IMG/VR virus record: IMGVR_UViG_638341086_000010
Reading direction: 5' to 3' (one strand)
From: a virus
Lineage: Duplodnaviria; Heunggongvirae; Uroviricota; Caudoviricetes
Length of the DNA stretch: 39,725 nucleotides
In this document: positions 1 through 13,701 of the stretch, in pieces
Position numbering within the stretch: the first letter of the stretch is position 1
How the letters are laid out: each line of letters starts with the position of its first letter
Translations under genes and position numbers: made by a program
Notes under the pieces: model-generated
Database searches by the model: none
Told to the model about the DNA's origin: nothing
Seen by the model: the letters and a program-made list of their open reading frames with translations, nothing else

Positions 1-229
1 TATAATAAACTTACTTTTTTATCATTTTTCCACTTTAACAACATTTTGCTCCACTTTTCCACGACCAAACAACTTGAAATCTGGTTAAAATAACACGCAA
101 CACTATTCTTCTTCCTTGAGTCCGCCCGGAACTCGAAAAACAAACCGAGTTAAGGCCATTTTTCACAAAATCGATTTTGGATCTCACCAAAATTACGGGG
201 TTGCATACGCATTCGTTTATTTTCGAACG

Positions 230-249
230 TGTACATACAAATATGTACA
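230..249. promoter_or_regulatory. Perfect palindrome TGTACATA-N4-TATGTACA about 70 bp upstream of the serine recombinase start; a further TATGTACA half-site at about 286-293. Candidate recombinase binding/crossover or operator site
   Basis: Read directly from sequence: 8-bp perfect inverted repeat with 4-bp spacer, plus a third half-site copy. Function is inferred only from position. Confidence 0.3.
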
Positions 250-318
250 AAAATAATCAAAATTATTTTCTGAGATGCATTATGATATGTACACCAATTT
301 CGTATCGAAGATCTCACT

Positions 319-909
319 ATGTCTCGAATTTATGCTTACTGTCGGGTATCAACTCTGGAACAAACAACCAAAAATCAACGTCGGGAAATCGAAAGTGCAG
401 GTTTTAACATCAAATCTCAGCAAATAATTGAAGAACAAATTAGCGGCTCAGCAGCAACCAGTGAGCGTCCTAGTTTTAACCAGTTGCTTGATCGACTGAA
501 AAGAGGTGATGCATTGATTGTCACAAAACTGGATCGCCTCGGTTGTAATCCAATGGATATCAGTAAAACGGTGGAACAACTGACCAAAGCAGGTATCAAA
601 GTGCATTGCTTAGCATTGGGGGGCGTTGACCTGACCAGTCCACCTGGAAAAATGATGATGCACGTAATTTCAGCAGTCGCTGAATTTGAGCGAGACCTTT
701 TACTTGAGCGTACTCATTCAGGGATATTAAGAGCACGGGGCGCAGGAAAGCGATTTGGTCGCCCACCTGTGTTAAATGATGAACAAATACAGAGGGTACT
801 AGAGCAAATTAAGTCAGGTATAAATATAAGTGACATTGCCCAAGAATTCAAAACCTCGCGGCAAACCATTTTAAGAGCTAAAGCAAAAAATCAGACACCT
901 GATATATAA
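319..909 (+). CDS. Small serine recombinase (resolvase/invertase family), 196 aa
   Basis: N-terminal YCRVSTLEQ motif with catalytic-serine context, 196 aa length and C-terminal HTH-like tail typical of resolvase/Pin-Hin-Gin family enzymes; ATG directly preceded by AT-rich leader. Invertase versus resolvase cannot be decided by eye. Confidence 0.8.
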   Translation: MSRIYAYCRVSTLEQTTKNQRREIESAGFNIKSQQIIEEQISGSAATSERPSFNQLLDRLKRGDALIVTKLDRLGCNPMDISKTVEQLTKAGIKVHCLALGGVDLTSPPGKMMMHVISAVAEFERDLLLERTHSGILRARGAGKRFGRPPVLNDEQIQRVLEQIKSGINISDIAQEFKTSRQTILRAKAKNQTPDI

Positions 910-1006
910 AAATAATCTCGGTGTGAGATTCCTTACGTTTTCCAAGCCCCCCTTCCTAGCCTTAAATGGAAAGATACTTCTAATTATAGAATTTATATAT
1001 CTTACC

Positions 1007-1582
1007 CTACGGTAGGGCTGGCCATTCAATATCCGGTGCAGTTGATGTATCAACACGATTCAGCAACACCCGATACTTTTTCCAGGCTTCCAGCAACAAG
1101 GTTTCTTTCTCCGTTGCGATCTCCAGATCCACAGCATCCTGAAGCGGCGCTATATGCTCACTGGCTACCTGCATCAGGCTGTTTTTTGTTTCTTCCGCCT
1201 CCCGGATCCGGAACAGTTTTTCTGCTTCCGTATCCTTCACCCAGGCTGTGCCGTTCCACTTCTGAAACTCCCCTTCCGGGGATAACCAGGTGACATTTTC
1301 CGGTAATGAGCCGAGTTCAGAAATAAATAACGCGTCGCCGGAAGCCACGTCATAAACCGTTTTACCCCGATGATCTTCAACGAGATGCCACGATGACTCA
1401 TCACTGTTGAAAACAGCCACGAAACCAGCCGGAATATCTGGCGGTGCAATATCGGTACTGTTTGCTGGCAGACCTGTATGAGGCGGAATATATGCATCAC
1501 CTTCACCAATAAATTCATTAGTTCCGGACAGCAGATTATAAATTTTTATGGTCCGTGGTTGTTCACTCATTCTGAATGCCAT
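1007..1582 (-). CDS. tfa: Tail fiber assembly protein Tfa (lambda Tfa-like), 191 aa
   Basis: Translation [18 protein letters not shown]... matches lambda Tfa as recalled; start ATG overlaps stf stop by 1 nt (TAATG). Confidence 0.9.
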   Translation of the reverse strand: MAFRMSEQPRTIKIYNLLSGTNEFIGEGDAYIPPHTGLPANSTDIAPPDIPAGFVAVFNSDESSWHLVEDHRGKTVYDVASGDALFISELGSLPENVTWLSPEGEFQKWNGTAWVKDTEAEKLFRIREAEETKNSLMQVASEHIAPLQDAVDLEIATEKETLLLEAWKKYRVLLNRVDTSTAPDIEWPALP

Positions 1583-4500
1583 TATGCAAGCCTCACAATA
1601 TAGTTAAATGCGATGTTTTTGACGGTGTTTTCCGCGTTACCAGCAGCGTTAACGGTGATGGTGTGTCCATGTGAGCCAATCGCAACCGAGTGCGTATGAG
1701 CACCAATACCGACAGTATGTGCGTGAGCACCTGCAGATGCAGCTGTGCCGCTGACACTATGAGTGTGCGCTCCTGCAGCACTTGTATTCACACTGGCCGC
1801 AGACACTACCTTATGTACTGACCCATTTTGTGACCACTGGCTGACTGCTGATGCGCCTGTGACACTATGAGTATGGTTTCCGGCACTTGCGGCTGTACCG
1901 CTCACACTGTGCGTATGCGCCCCGATGTTATTCGTGGATTTAGTGCCGTAATCAAACGACGATGTGGTTTTCGTCCCCAAATCCGTACTGGATGCGCTGG
2001 CGCTGTGGGTGTGCGATTTAATGCCGTCCTGTTCCTGAGACAATACAGCCCGACCACTGGCAGGTTTGCCCTTAATCGTCCAGCCACGCATATCAGGGAT
2101 CACGCCTGACGGATAAGCGGCTGCAAGTTTCGGGTATGCAGATTTGTCAAAAGTCTGCCCCTGCATCAGGGCATAACCAGACGGAACGGTATCTGATGGC
2201 CACGGGATTGGTGCACCGACTGGATAAAACTCTGCAGGAGGATGAGCCGAGGTGTAAAGCTGCGCCCACGGCGACCAGTTTGCGTCGGTCGTATCCCGTC
2301 GTGAACGAATAAATGCCGGAGCATGAGCACCGCTTGTACCACTCCAGCCGATGAGTAACTCACCTTCGCCAACGGCTGTCATCCCTTTCAGGTGAATGAT
2401 ATTTCCATACGTTGTTGGATATCCGTTGTTATACACCTCGTATAACTCAAGACCTGCTGCCCCCTGCGTATTGTCTGTCAGCGCGGCTACCCGACCTTTT
2501 GAAGCCAGATTAACTGATGATACTGCTGTTCCACCTGACGGTAGCGCCCCGATCTCTGATGCCGTTGGCTTATTTCTGGAGTTATAGTCCCTTCGCCAGC
2601 CAGGTGAATAATCTGTTCCGTGATTAATATAGGTAAACTGGGCGTTGGTTGTTCCGCCACCGCTGGATGTGGTCGGAGTGGTAATGCGGATCGTCATCGC
2701 TGACTTTATCCCCATTACTTCAATGACAGCTCCGGCGAGATGAATATTACCGCAGCCAGTATCAGTAATGATTTTATTATTGCCATAAGACCAGGAACCC
2801 TTGCACATCCAGTATGGATGGTTAAATGCTCCCTGAGAATCCAGCCACTCGATAAACTGTGCAGTCGTCCAGTTTCCTGTTGTTGTGCTTACTGACCCAC
2901 CGAAGGCACGGCAGGCACCAATATTTTTCGTAAAGGTGTCTTTGCCAGGGATATCCGCACCGTTCTGATCTTTCTGCAGACGTTTCTCAGCATTGTCATT
3001 GGCTGCTTTTACTGCCTTTGGCGTTGCCGCCAGCGTTTCAGACGTGCTGTTGGTCGCGCTGCTTAGCTGGATTATCCCTTTCTGTGCTGTCGTTGCATCC
3101 TGTGCGGTGTATTTCCCGTTAGCCAGGTCATACGCGGCCTTAACGGCTTTTGGTGTTGCCGCCAGTGACTCGGAAGTGCTGTTAGTCGCACTACTGAGCT
3201 GTACTATCCCCTTTTTCGTCGTGCTCGCATCCTCAAGCGCCACGGCGGATGCAATATCCTCTGCCCGTTTTGCCGCTGTCTCAGCGCGCGTTGCTGCAGA
3301 TTCCGCCGTACTTTTGCTCTGAGCTGCTGCCTTCGCACTACCAGCAGCCTCTGTCGCCTTCGTGGATGCCGTCGTGGCGCTGCCCTTCGCTGCTGACGCC
3401 TGTCTGGTCGCCTCATCTTTTGAAGCAGACGCCGATGATGCCGATGACGCCGCCGAACTGGCGGACGATGCCGCTGCCGTTTTTGAGGATTCTGCACGGG
3501 TTTCCGACGCTTTCGCGTTCGTTTCGGATGTCTTCGCTGCGGAAGCTGACCTCGCTGCTGCCGTGGCCTGCTCAGTGGCTTCGCCAGCCTTTGTTGTGGC
3601 TGTTGAAGCGGATGATGCGGCGCTTTCTGCCGATTTTCCGGCGGCGGTGGCACTGGCTGAGGCCTGCCCGGCACTTGTTGACGCGGCACTGGCAGACGAC
3701 GCAGCCGCTGTTTTTGAGCCTGCCGCAGCTGAGGCGCTCTGTCCCGCTGCCGTCTCAGAAGACCTGGCGTTCGTCTCGGACGTTTTTGCCGCCTTCGCGG
3801 AATTTCCTGCCGCCGTTGCCGAGGAAGCTGCGCTACTGGCGCTCAAGGATGCGTTCGTTTCTGATGATTTCGCTGCCTCTTTTGAGGCCGCCGCATCCCG
3901 GGCTGAGGTGGCAGCTTCTGACGCTTTCGTGGTCGCGGTGGATGCAGAAGTGGCGGCTGATTGTTCTGACGCTGCGGCATTCGTTTCTGACGTTTTCGCC
4001 GCACCGGCACTGGTAGCTGCCACGCTTTTTGAGGACTCTGCAGCGGCAGCACTTTTTGAGGCTTCAGTGGCCTTTGTTGATGCCGTTCCTGCGCTGGAAG
4101 ACGCTGACTGAGCCGACGAAGCGGCCTGTCCGGCTGACGTGCTGGCTGCACGTGCTGAATCTGCAGCATCAGTCGCATGGGTTGCCGCCTCACGGGCAGA
4201 TGTGCTGGCATCGCCGGCTGACTTCTTCGCGGCTGCCGTGTTCTGTGCCACTACGGACGCGTTACGCGCCACCTCTTCCACCATCAGTTCAAAACGGCGC
4301 AGTGCCTCCGGACGGGCATCATCCTCCGTCATGGCACCGAGAAAATCATTCAGCGTACCGGGTTGAGAATCTTCATACACGGTGATGGTCCCGGCATGTG
4401 ACGGCGGGAATCCTTCCACCAACAGAATAACGCTGTACTGACCGTACTCAACGTCCATGCTGTAACGCCCGGCTTCATCCGGATTTTCTGAGGCCAGCGT

Positions 4501-4608
4501 GTTCACCACCACCGTGGTGCTGTTACGTTTTGCTTTCAGCTGGATTGTGCAGTTCTCTACCGGTTTTCCTGTGCCGTCTTTCAGTACACCTGAAATCTTT
4601 ACTGCCAT
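1582..4608 (-). CDS. stf: Side tail fiber protein Stf (lambda Stf-like), about 1008 aa
   Basis: N-terminus [26 protein letters not shown]... matches lambda Stf as recalled; long Ala/Ser/Thr-rich repeat region, Gly-rich region and His-rich C-terminal repeats ([15 protein letters not shown]). ATG at 4608 chosen over the upstream GTG at 4614 used by the ORF track. Confidence 0.9.
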   Translation of the reverse strand: MAVKISGVLKDGTGKPVENCTIQLKAKRNSTTVVVNTLASENPDEAGRYSMDVEYGQYSVILLVEGFPPSHAGTITVYEDSQPGTLNDFLGAMTEDDARPEALRRFELMVEEVARNASVVAQNTAAAKKSAGDASTSAREAATHATDAADSARAASTSAGQAASSAQSASSSAGTASTKATEASKSAAAAESSKSVAATSAGAAKTSETNAAASEQSAATSASTATTKASEAATSARDAAASKEAAKSSETNASLSASSAASSATAAGNSAKAAKTSETNARSSETAAGQSASAAAGSKTAAASSASAASTSAGQASASATAAGKSAESAASSASTATTKAGEATEQATAAARSASAAKTSETNAKASETRAESSKTAAASSASSAASSASSASASKDEATRQASAAKGSATTASTKATEAAGSAKAAAQSKSTAESAATRAETAAKRAEDIASAVALEDASTTKKGIVQLSSATNSTSESLAATPKAVKAAYDLANGKYTAQDATTAQKGIIQLSSATNSTSETLAATPKAVKAANDNAEKRLQKDQNGADIPGKDTFTKNIGACRAFGGSVSTTTGNWTTAQFIEWLDSQGAFNHPYWMCKGSWSYGNNKIITDTGCGNIHLAGAVIEVMGIKSAMTIRITTPTTSSGGGTTNAQFTYINHGTDYSPGWRRDYNSRNKPTASEIGALPSGGTAVSSVNLASKGRVAALTDNTQGAAGLELYEVYNNGYPTTYGNIIHLKGMTAVGEGELLIGWSGTSGAHAPAFIRSRRDTTDANWSPWAQLYTSAHPPAEFYPVGAPIPWPSDTVPSGYALMQGQTFDKSAYPKLAAAYPSGVIPDMRGWTIKGKPASGRAVLSQEQDGIKSHTHSASASSTDLGTKTTSSFDYGTKSTNNIGAHTHSVSGTAASAGNHTHSVTGASAVSQWSQNGSVHKVVSAASVNTSAAGAHTHSVSGTAASAGAHAHTVGIGAHTHSVAIGSHGHTITVNAAGNAENTVKNIAFNYIVRLA

Positions 4609-4620
4609 ATTCACCCCACA

Positions 4621-4645
4621 AAAAAGCCCGCCTGAACCGGCGGGC
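4621..4645 (-). terminator. Rho-independent terminator downstream of lom (minus strand)
   Basis: On the minus strand GCCCGCC-GGTTCA-GGCGGGC followed by TTTTTT, sited between the lom stop and the stf start. Confidence 0.6.
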
Positions 4646-4672
4646 TGTCATAACACTGTGTTACCTGGCTAA

Positions 4673-5272
4673 TCAGAACTTATAACCGACACCCACGATG
4701 AAACCGTCAGTGCGCCAGTCGCCACTGCCGGAGCCTTCATAAGCAATATCAATGGCCACGGATTCGGTCGGGTTAAACTGCACGCCAGCCCCCCACGCCA
4801 GAGACGTGTTGCTGTGGCGACCGTCATCACTTCCGGTCAGCACGTCGTGCGTTTTCCCCTTGTTGTCAGTTACGCGGAGATAATCCCCGGAGAAAGTCGA
4901 CACACGGCTGTAAGCCATACCCGCCATCGCATACGCGCTGAACCATTCATTCACGCGCACAGACGGCCCCGCCATTACGCTGAACCAGCGGTTACGAACG
5001 GAATCTTCATGCCAGCGGGTATCGCTGTAACGGGTCAGCTGGCGATTCTTGTCTCCTGCATAGCTGAATGACGTCACCATACCCAGTGTGTCCGTAAACT
5101 CATAACGGTATTTCACGTTAATCCCGTTCAGATCATCGCTGCCGGGAACGTTCGTCGAGGCATGAAGATACCCCGCGCTCAGCGTGGCCTGCTGCTCAGA
5201 CGCCCATGCAGGCGCACCGGATACGGCCAGACAGATGGCTGCGGACAAAATGGCGGCATAAAGTTTACGCAT
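4673..5272 (-). CDS. lom: Outer membrane protein Lom (Ail/Lom family beta-barrel), 199 aa with signal peptide
   Basis: Translation MRKLYAAILSAAICLAVSGAPAWA... matches lambda Lom as recalled and ends in the aromatic residue (GYKF) typical of OMP beta-barrels; bracketed by terminators on both sides. Confidence 0.92.
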   Translation of the reverse strand: MRKLYAAILSAAICLAVSGAPAWASEQQATLSAGYLHASTNVPGSDDLNGINVKYRYEFTDTLGMVTSFSYAGDKNRQLTRYSDTRWHEDSVRNRWFSVMAGPSVRVNEWFSAYAMAGMAYSRVSTFSGDYLRVTDNKGKTHDVLTGSDDGRHSNTSLAWGAGVQFNPTESVAIDIAYEGSGSGDWRTDGFIVGVGYKF

Positions 5273-5296
5273 AATTACCTCTCGCTTTTCTGCAAT

Positions 5297-5320
5297 AAAA
5301 AAGGCGTCATTTCTGACGCC
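5297..5320 (-). terminator. Rho-independent terminator downstream of J (minus strand)
   Basis: On the minus strand GGCGTCA-GAAA-TGACGCC followed by TTTTTTATT, located between the J stop and the lom start. Confidence 0.6.
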
Positions 5321-5338
5321 CGTTCTGGGTTATAAAAT

Positions 5339-8797
<3,459 letters not shown>

Positions 8798-9469
8798 TCA
8801 GCGACCAATCACCACAACCTGACCACCATCCCCTTCGTCTGCCGTGCTGATTTCCTGCGAAATTACCCGTGACCCCACACGCATTTCACCGTACAGAACA
8901 GGCAGAACATTGCCCTGGGCAACCATGTTATCCAGTGATGAGAAATACGTGTTCTGCTTACCGTTATCCGTTGTCTGTGTACGGGGAGTTCTGGCTTTCG
9001 GTGCCAGCATCTGCGCCACACCACCGAGCACCATACTGGCACCGAGAGAAAACAGGATGCCGGTCATACCACCGGCCCCAATGGCTGCCCCCCATGCTGC
9101 AAGGGTGGCTCCGGCGGTAAAGAATGATCCGGCAATGGCGGCAGCCCCCAGGACAATCTGGAATACGCCACCTGACTTGGCCCCGGCGACTCTGGGAACA
9201 ATATGAATCACAGCGCCATCAGGCAGAGTCTCATGTAACTGCGCCGTTAACCCGGACGCGCTGACGTCCCGCCCGGCAATCCGTACCTGATACCAGCCGT
9301 CGCTCAGTTTCTGACGAAACGCCGGGAGCTGTGTGGCCAGTGCGCGGATGGCTTCAGCCCCCGTTTTCACACGAAGGTCGATGCGGCGGCCAAATCGTTG
9401 CAAATTCCCGTGAAGGCAGATGCGTGCCATTCCCGGTGACGCCAGAGGGAGTGTGTGCGTCGCTGCCAT
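8798..9469 (-). CDS. I: Tail assembly protein I, 223 aa
   Basis: Translation MAATHTLPLASPGMARICLHGNLQRFGRR... matches lambda I as recalled; 103-nt overlap with K as in lambda. Confidence 0.92.
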   Translation of the reverse strand: MAATHTLPLASPGMARICLHGNLQRFGRRIDLRVKTGAEAIRALATQLPAFRQKLSDGWYQVRIAGRDVSASGLTAQLHETLPDGAVIHIVPRVAGAKSGGVFQIVLGAAAIAGSFFTAGATLAAWGAAIGAGGMTGILFSLGASMVLGGVAQMLAPKARTPRTQTTDNGKQNTYFSSLDNMVAQGNVLPVLYGEMRVGSRVISQEISTADEGDGGQVVVIGR

Positions 9470-10110
9470 TTGTCGGTATACCTCTCCCGTTTACTCAGTT
9501 GTTCAGGAATATGGTGCAGCAGCTCGCCGTCACCACAGTAAATAGCGGCGTGATTCGGCACCGATGAACCAAAACAGCACAGCAGCACATCGCCCGGCTG
9601 CGCCGCTGACAACGGCACCTGATACAGCCCTGTGGCCTCCAGATTATCCAGATAGAGATTCTGACCGTTACGCCACCAGTCATCCTCACGCACAAAATCC
9701 GGCATCTCAATCTCCGCCAGATGATAAGCATCCCGGAACAGTGTGTAACAGTCCGTCACACCGTGCTCAAAGCGCCGCCCGGTGAGATGCGGCACACAGC
9801 GGAACTTATGAATCTCACCCCGGCAGACCAGCCACCACGGCAAATCACTCTGCACCTGCAGCCGCCGGTCGGCCTCACTCAGCCAGGGCAGACCACCGGG
9901 GTGGCTGTGGACCAGCGCCACAATCTCCCCCTGCATTTCTGCCTGCAGCCAGTCTTCCGGCGACATACGGAAATACGCCTCCGGCTCACCGGAAATATTC
10001 ACGCCGGGAAAATATCTTTCCCCCTCCGGCGTTCTCACCACGAAGCCGCACGACTCCGCTGGCGCACATCGCCGGGCGTGCGCCAGAATCGCTGATTCTG
10101 TCTTTGTCAT
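9367..10110 (-). CDS. K: Tail assembly protein K (JAB/MPN plus NlpC/P60-like domains); long form 247 aa, with a lambda-annotated start equivalent at 9966 (199 aa)
   Basis: Contains the HSHP motif and matches lambda K as recalled. The long ORF starts 6 nt after the L stop; the internal ATG at 9966 corresponds to the classical 199-aa lambda annotation. Confidence 0.85.
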   Translation of the reverse strand: MTKTESAILAHARRCAPAESCGFVVRTPEGERYFPGVNISGEPEAYFRMSPEDWLQAEMQGEIVALVHSHPGGLPWLSEADRRLQVQSDLPWWLVCRGEIHKFRCVPHLTGRRFEHGVTDCYTLFRDAYHLAEIEMPDFVREDDWWRNGQNLYLDNLEATGLYQVPLSAAQPGDVLLCCFGSSVPNHAAIYCGDGELLHHIPEQLSKRERYTDKWQRRTHSLWRHREWHASAFTGICNDLAAASTFV

Positions 10111-10115
10111 GGGAT

Positions 10116-10814
10116 TTACTGCGAAAGTTTGTTAATGGAAAGGAAGCCGCCAAAGTTGCCGACGTTATTGCGGAACTTACAACCGCTCAGGCATTTGCTG
10201 CATTTATCCTTCGTGATATCGGACGTTGGCTGGTCATATTCATCCGCGACCGCCGGACCGTGATAACCGCACTCACCGCCGCGATAGGTCCAGGTGCAGG
10301 TGTTGGCCAGCATGATACGTCCCGGAAAAACAGCGCCGTCCGTTTCCGTCGGCGTGGACAGTACAAAGGAGGCACTGACCGCGCTCAGTTCGCTGCACTG
10401 CTCAATGCGCCAGCGGCTGATCACCTCCTGCTCCGGATCGGCGTCACTGTTTCCGTTGACGAAGTTCACCGCATCCAGAAAACGGGCGTAAACCTTACGC
10501 CGGACCACCGTTCCGCCGACCAGACTCTGCAGATCTTCCGCCATCCCGGTGACCATACCGTACAGGTTAGAAACCGTCAGCGTGGGGCGCGTACTGGTGC
10601 CTTTGCCATTCAGTTCAAAACCACTCCCCTGAATGGGATACGGCTGATACTGTCGCCCCTGCCAGGTGACCGGCTCACCTTTTTCGTTCTGCTCATTACA
10701 GAAAAAATAACGTTCTCCACCGACCTCTGTCAGATCGATTTCCCAGAGCACCACGCTGGCCGACTGCTCCGCACGGGTGCATTCATTCAGTGTTTCCTGC
10801 CGGATATCCTGCAT
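10116..10814 (-). CDS. L: Tail tip assembly protein L, 232 aa
   Basis: Translation MQDIRQETLNECTRAEQSASVVLWEIDLTEVGGERYFF... matches lambda L as recalled; C-terminal Cys cluster present. Confidence 0.93.
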   Translation of the reverse strand: MQDIRQETLNECTRAEQSASVVLWEIDLTEVGGERYFFCNEQNEKGEPVTWQGRQYQPYPIQGSGFELNGKGTSTRPTLTVSNLYGMVTGMAEDLQSLVGGTVVRRKVYARFLDAVNFVNGNSDADPEQEVISRWRIEQCSELSAVSASFVLSTPTETDGAVFPGRIMLANTCTWTYRGGECGYHGPAVADEYDQPTSDITKDKCSKCLSGCKFRNNVGNFGGFLSINKLSQ

Positions 10815-11143
10815 CAGTTCACCACCTGTTTAAACTCTGCGCTGAACTCAACACGCAACATACTGACCTGCGACGACCATTTTGCGCAGGTCACCTTTAT
10901 CTGCCTGTAACCATAAGGCGGCGTCCACAGAAAGGCCTTCCAGCCTCCGTGCTCTGCCAGAAACGACTCCAGCGCCGTGGCCTCCTCACGGGAGACAGAC
11001 AGCGTCACGCTGTACGTTTTCAGGTCAGCGTTCAGCCCGGCAGGCGCACGCTGGGAATAGCCATCACCAAAGCGCACCTCCCTGACGGAAGGAGCCGATG
11101 TCACATCCATCCCGGGTTTCACTTTCCAGCGGAAGGTTTTCAT
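10814..11143 (-). CDS. M: Tail assembly protein M, 109 aa
   Basis: Translation MKTFRWKVKPGMDVTSAPSVREVRFGDGYSQRAPAGLN... matches lambda M as recalled; 4-nt overlap with H. Confidence 0.93.
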   Translation of the reverse strand: MKTFRWKVKPGMDVTSAPSVREVRFGDGYSQRAPAGLNADLKTYSVTLSVSREEATALESFLAEHGGWKAFLWTPPYGYRQIKVTCAKWSSQVSMLRVEFSAEFKQVVN

Positions 11144-13701
11144 CGTCCACCTCCGGAGAACAGACCACCATCGCGCATCTGCCCGGTCACAACATCCATT
11201 GCCGCCTTACGGGCTACGTCATAAAGAGCCTTCAGCGCCTGTGGCCCTATCTGCCCGTTCGTGCCGTCGTTGTTAATCACCACATGGTTATTCTGCTCAA
11301 ACGTCCCGGACGCCTGCGACCGGCTGTCTGCCATGCTGCCCGGTGTACCGACATAACCGCCGGTGGCATAGCCGCGCATCAGCCGGTAAAGATTCCCCAC
11401 GCCAATCCGGCTGGTTGCCTCCTTCGTGAAGACAAACTCACCACGGTGAACAATCCCCGCTGGCTCATATTTGCCGCCGGTTCCCGTAAACCCTCCGGTT
11501 GCAAAATGGAATTTCGCCGCAGCGGCCTGAATGGCTGTACCGCCTGACGCGGATGCGCCGCCACCAACAGCCCCGCCAATGGCGCTGCCGATACTCCCGA
11601 CAATCCCCACCATTGCCTGCTTAAGCAGAATTTCTGTCATCATGGACAGCACGGAACGGGTGAAGCTGCGCCAGTTCTGCTCACTGCCGGTCAGCATCGC
11701 CGCCATATTCTGTGCAATACCATCAAAGGTCTGCGTGGCTGCACTTTTTACCTGCGACATACTGTCCGTGGCGCTCTCTTCCCACTCACTCCAGCCGGAC
11801 TTCAGGCCTGCCATCCAGTTCCCGCGAAGCTGGTCTTCAGCCGCCCAGGTCTTTTTCTGCTCTGACATGACGTTATTCAGCGCCAGCGGATTATCGCCAT
11901 ACTGTTCCTTCAGGCGCTGTTCTGTGGCTTCCCGTTCTGCCTGCCGGTCAGTCAGCCCCCGGCTTTTCGCATCAATGGCGGCCCGTTTTGCCCGTTGCTG
12001 CTGTGCGAATTTATCCGCCTGCTGCGCCAGCGCATTCAGGCGCTCCTGATACGTGACCTTATCGCCAAGTGCAGCCAGCTGGCGTTTGTACTCCAGCGTC
12101 TCATCTTTATGCGCCAGCAGGGATTTCTCCTGTGCGGACAGCTGGCGACGTTGTGCCGCCTCCTCCAGTACCGCGAACTGACTCTCCGCCTTCCACAAAT
12201 CCCGGCGCTGCTGGCTGATTTTCTCATTTGCTCCGGCATGCTTCTCCAGCGTCCGGAGTTCAGCCTGAAGCGTCAGCAGGGCAGCATGAGCACTGTCTTC
12301 CTGACGATCGCCCGCAGACACCTTCACGCCGGACTGTTTCGGCTTTTTCAGCGTCGCTTCATAATCCTTTTTCGCCGCCGCCATCAGCGTGTTGTAATCT
12401 GCCTGCAGGATTTTCCCGTCTTTCAGTGCCTTGTTCAGTTCTTCCTGACGGGCGGTATATTTCTCCAGCGGCGTCTGCAGCCGTTCGTAAGCCTTCTGCG
12501 CCTCTTCGGTATATTTCAGCCGTGACGCTTCGGTATCGCTCTGCTGCTGCGCATTTTTGTCCTGTTGAGTCTGCTGCTCAGCCTTCTTTCGGGCGGCTTC
12601 AAGCGCAAGACGGGCCTTTTCACGATCATCCCAGTAACGCGCCCGCGCTTCATCGTTAACAAAATAATCATCCTTGCGCAGATTCCAGATGTCGTCTGCT
12701 TTCTTAAACGCAGCCTCTGCCTTAATCAGCATCTCCTGCGCGGTATCAGGACGACCAATATCCAGCACCGCATCCCACATGGATTTGAATGCCCGCGCTG
12801 TCCTGTCTGCCCAGGTCTCCAGCGTGCCCATGTTCTCTTTCAGGCGGCGGGTCTGGTCATCAAACCCTTTCGTTGCGGCCTCGTTCGCCGCCTGCAATGC
12901 CCCGGCTTCATCGCCGGAACGCTGCAACTGAGCAACATACGCAATCTGCTCCGCCGTCACGTTATGGAACTGGCGTGCCATCGCCGTCAGCCCCGACGTC
13001 GGGTCTGTGGTCAGCTTCCCGAAGGCTTCAGCGACCTTGTCCACCTCCACGCCGGATGCAGAGGAGAAACGCGCCACACTCTGGCTGATGGACGCAATCT
13101 GAGCCTCACCGCTTACCCCCGCCTTAACCAGTGCGCTGAGTGACTCGCTGGTCTGGTTAAACGTCAGCCCTGCCGCCTGCCCGGCTCTGGACAGGACCAG
13201 CATACGATCTGCCGTCAGTCCCGCCTGATTGCCGGAAAGGACCAGCGTTTTGTTGAAATCGGACAGGGTTGAGTTGCCCTGATACCAGGCATACGCCAGC
13301 GCACCGGTCGCCACCGCCAGCGAGGTGGCCCCCACCATCGGCAGGGTGATCGCACCGGCAAGCCCCCTGAACATGGGGATCATCCCGCCGAAGGAGTCCT
13401 TCACCTGCCCCCCCTGTTGCAGCAGGATCAGCCACGGACTTTGCCCGCCTGCAAGCTGCGTGGCCACGTCGGTGAACTGTGCAGGCAGCATACGCATGGC
13501 GGCTTTATACTGCCCGACGGAAATCCCCGCTTTCTGTGCAGCCAGCGCCTGTCGGCTCAGCGACTGTTCAACGACTGCCGCTGTTTTTTTCGCATCACTT
13601 TCCGTACCGGAAAAATGACGCCTGACTCTGGCCATCTGCTCGTCAAATCTGGCCGCATCCAGACTCAAATCAACGACCAGATCGCCTACCGGTTCAGCCA
13701 T
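11140..13701 (-). CDS. H: Tail tape measure protein H, 853 aa
   Basis: 853 aa, the same length as lambda H, with matching N-terminus MAEPVGDLVVDLSLDAARFDEQMARV... and Gly-rich C-terminal region. Confidence 0.93.
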   Translation of the reverse strand: MAEPVGDLVVDLSLDAARFDEQMARVRRHFSGTESDAKKTAAVVEQSLSRQALAAQKAGISVGQYKAAMRMLPAQFTDVATQLAGGQSPWLILLQQGGQVKDSFGGMIPMFRGLAGAITLPMVGATSLAVATGALAYAWYQGNSTLSDFNKTLVLSGNQAGLTADRMLVLSRAGQAAGLTFNQTSESLSALVKAGVSGEAQIASISQSVARFSSASGVEVDKVAEAFGKLTTDPTSGLTAMARQFHNVTAEQIAYVAQLQRSGDEAGALQAANEAATKGFDDQTRRLKENMGTLETWADRTARAFKSMWDAVLDIGRPDTAQEMLIKAEAAFKKADDIWNLRKDDYFVNDEARARYWDDREKARLALEAARKKAEQQTQQDKNAQQQSDTEASRLKYTEEAQKAYERLQTPLEKYTARQEELNKALKDGKILQADYNTLMAAAKKDYEATLKKPKQSGVKVSAGDRQEDSAHAALLTLQAELRTLEKHAGANEKISQQRRDLWKAESQFAVLEEAAQRRQLSAQEKSLLAHKDETLEYKRQLAALGDKVTYQERLNALAQQADKFAQQQRAKRAAIDAKSRGLTDRQAEREATEQRLKEQYGDNPLALNNVMSEQKKTWAAEDQLRGNWMAGLKSGWSEWEESATDSMSQVKSAATQTFDGIAQNMAAMLTGSEQNWRSFTRSVLSMMTEILLKQAMVGIVGSIGSAIGGAVGGGASASGGTAIQAAAAKFHFATGGFTGTGGKYEPAGIVHRGEFVFTKEATSRIGVGNLYRLMRGYATGGYVGTPGSMADSRSQASGTFEQNNHVVINNDGTNGQIGPQALKALYDVARKAAMDVVTGQMRDGGLFSGGGR

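Noticed and set aside
909-1007. Near-palindrome CCCTACGGTAGGG between the recombinase and tfa as a possible terminator
   Set aside because: Stem of only about 6 bp with essentially no loop and no following T-run on either strand; not convincing as an intrinsic terminator.
3204-4385. Several long ORFs on both strands within stf (255 aa, 249 aa, 161 aa, 122 aa, 118 aa)
   Set aside because: All lie within the Ala/Ser-rich repeat region of stf, whose repetitive codons stay open in several frames; their translations are low-complexity (poly-Ala or Arg/Pro/Gln-rich).
10104-10910. 268-aa plus-strand ORF spanning L and M
   Set aside because: Antisense to two confidently identified tail genes; spurious.
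11531-13143. Three plus-strand ORFs of 172-192 aa inside H
   Set aside because: Antisense to the tape measure gene, which matches lambda H over its full length; no independent coding signals.
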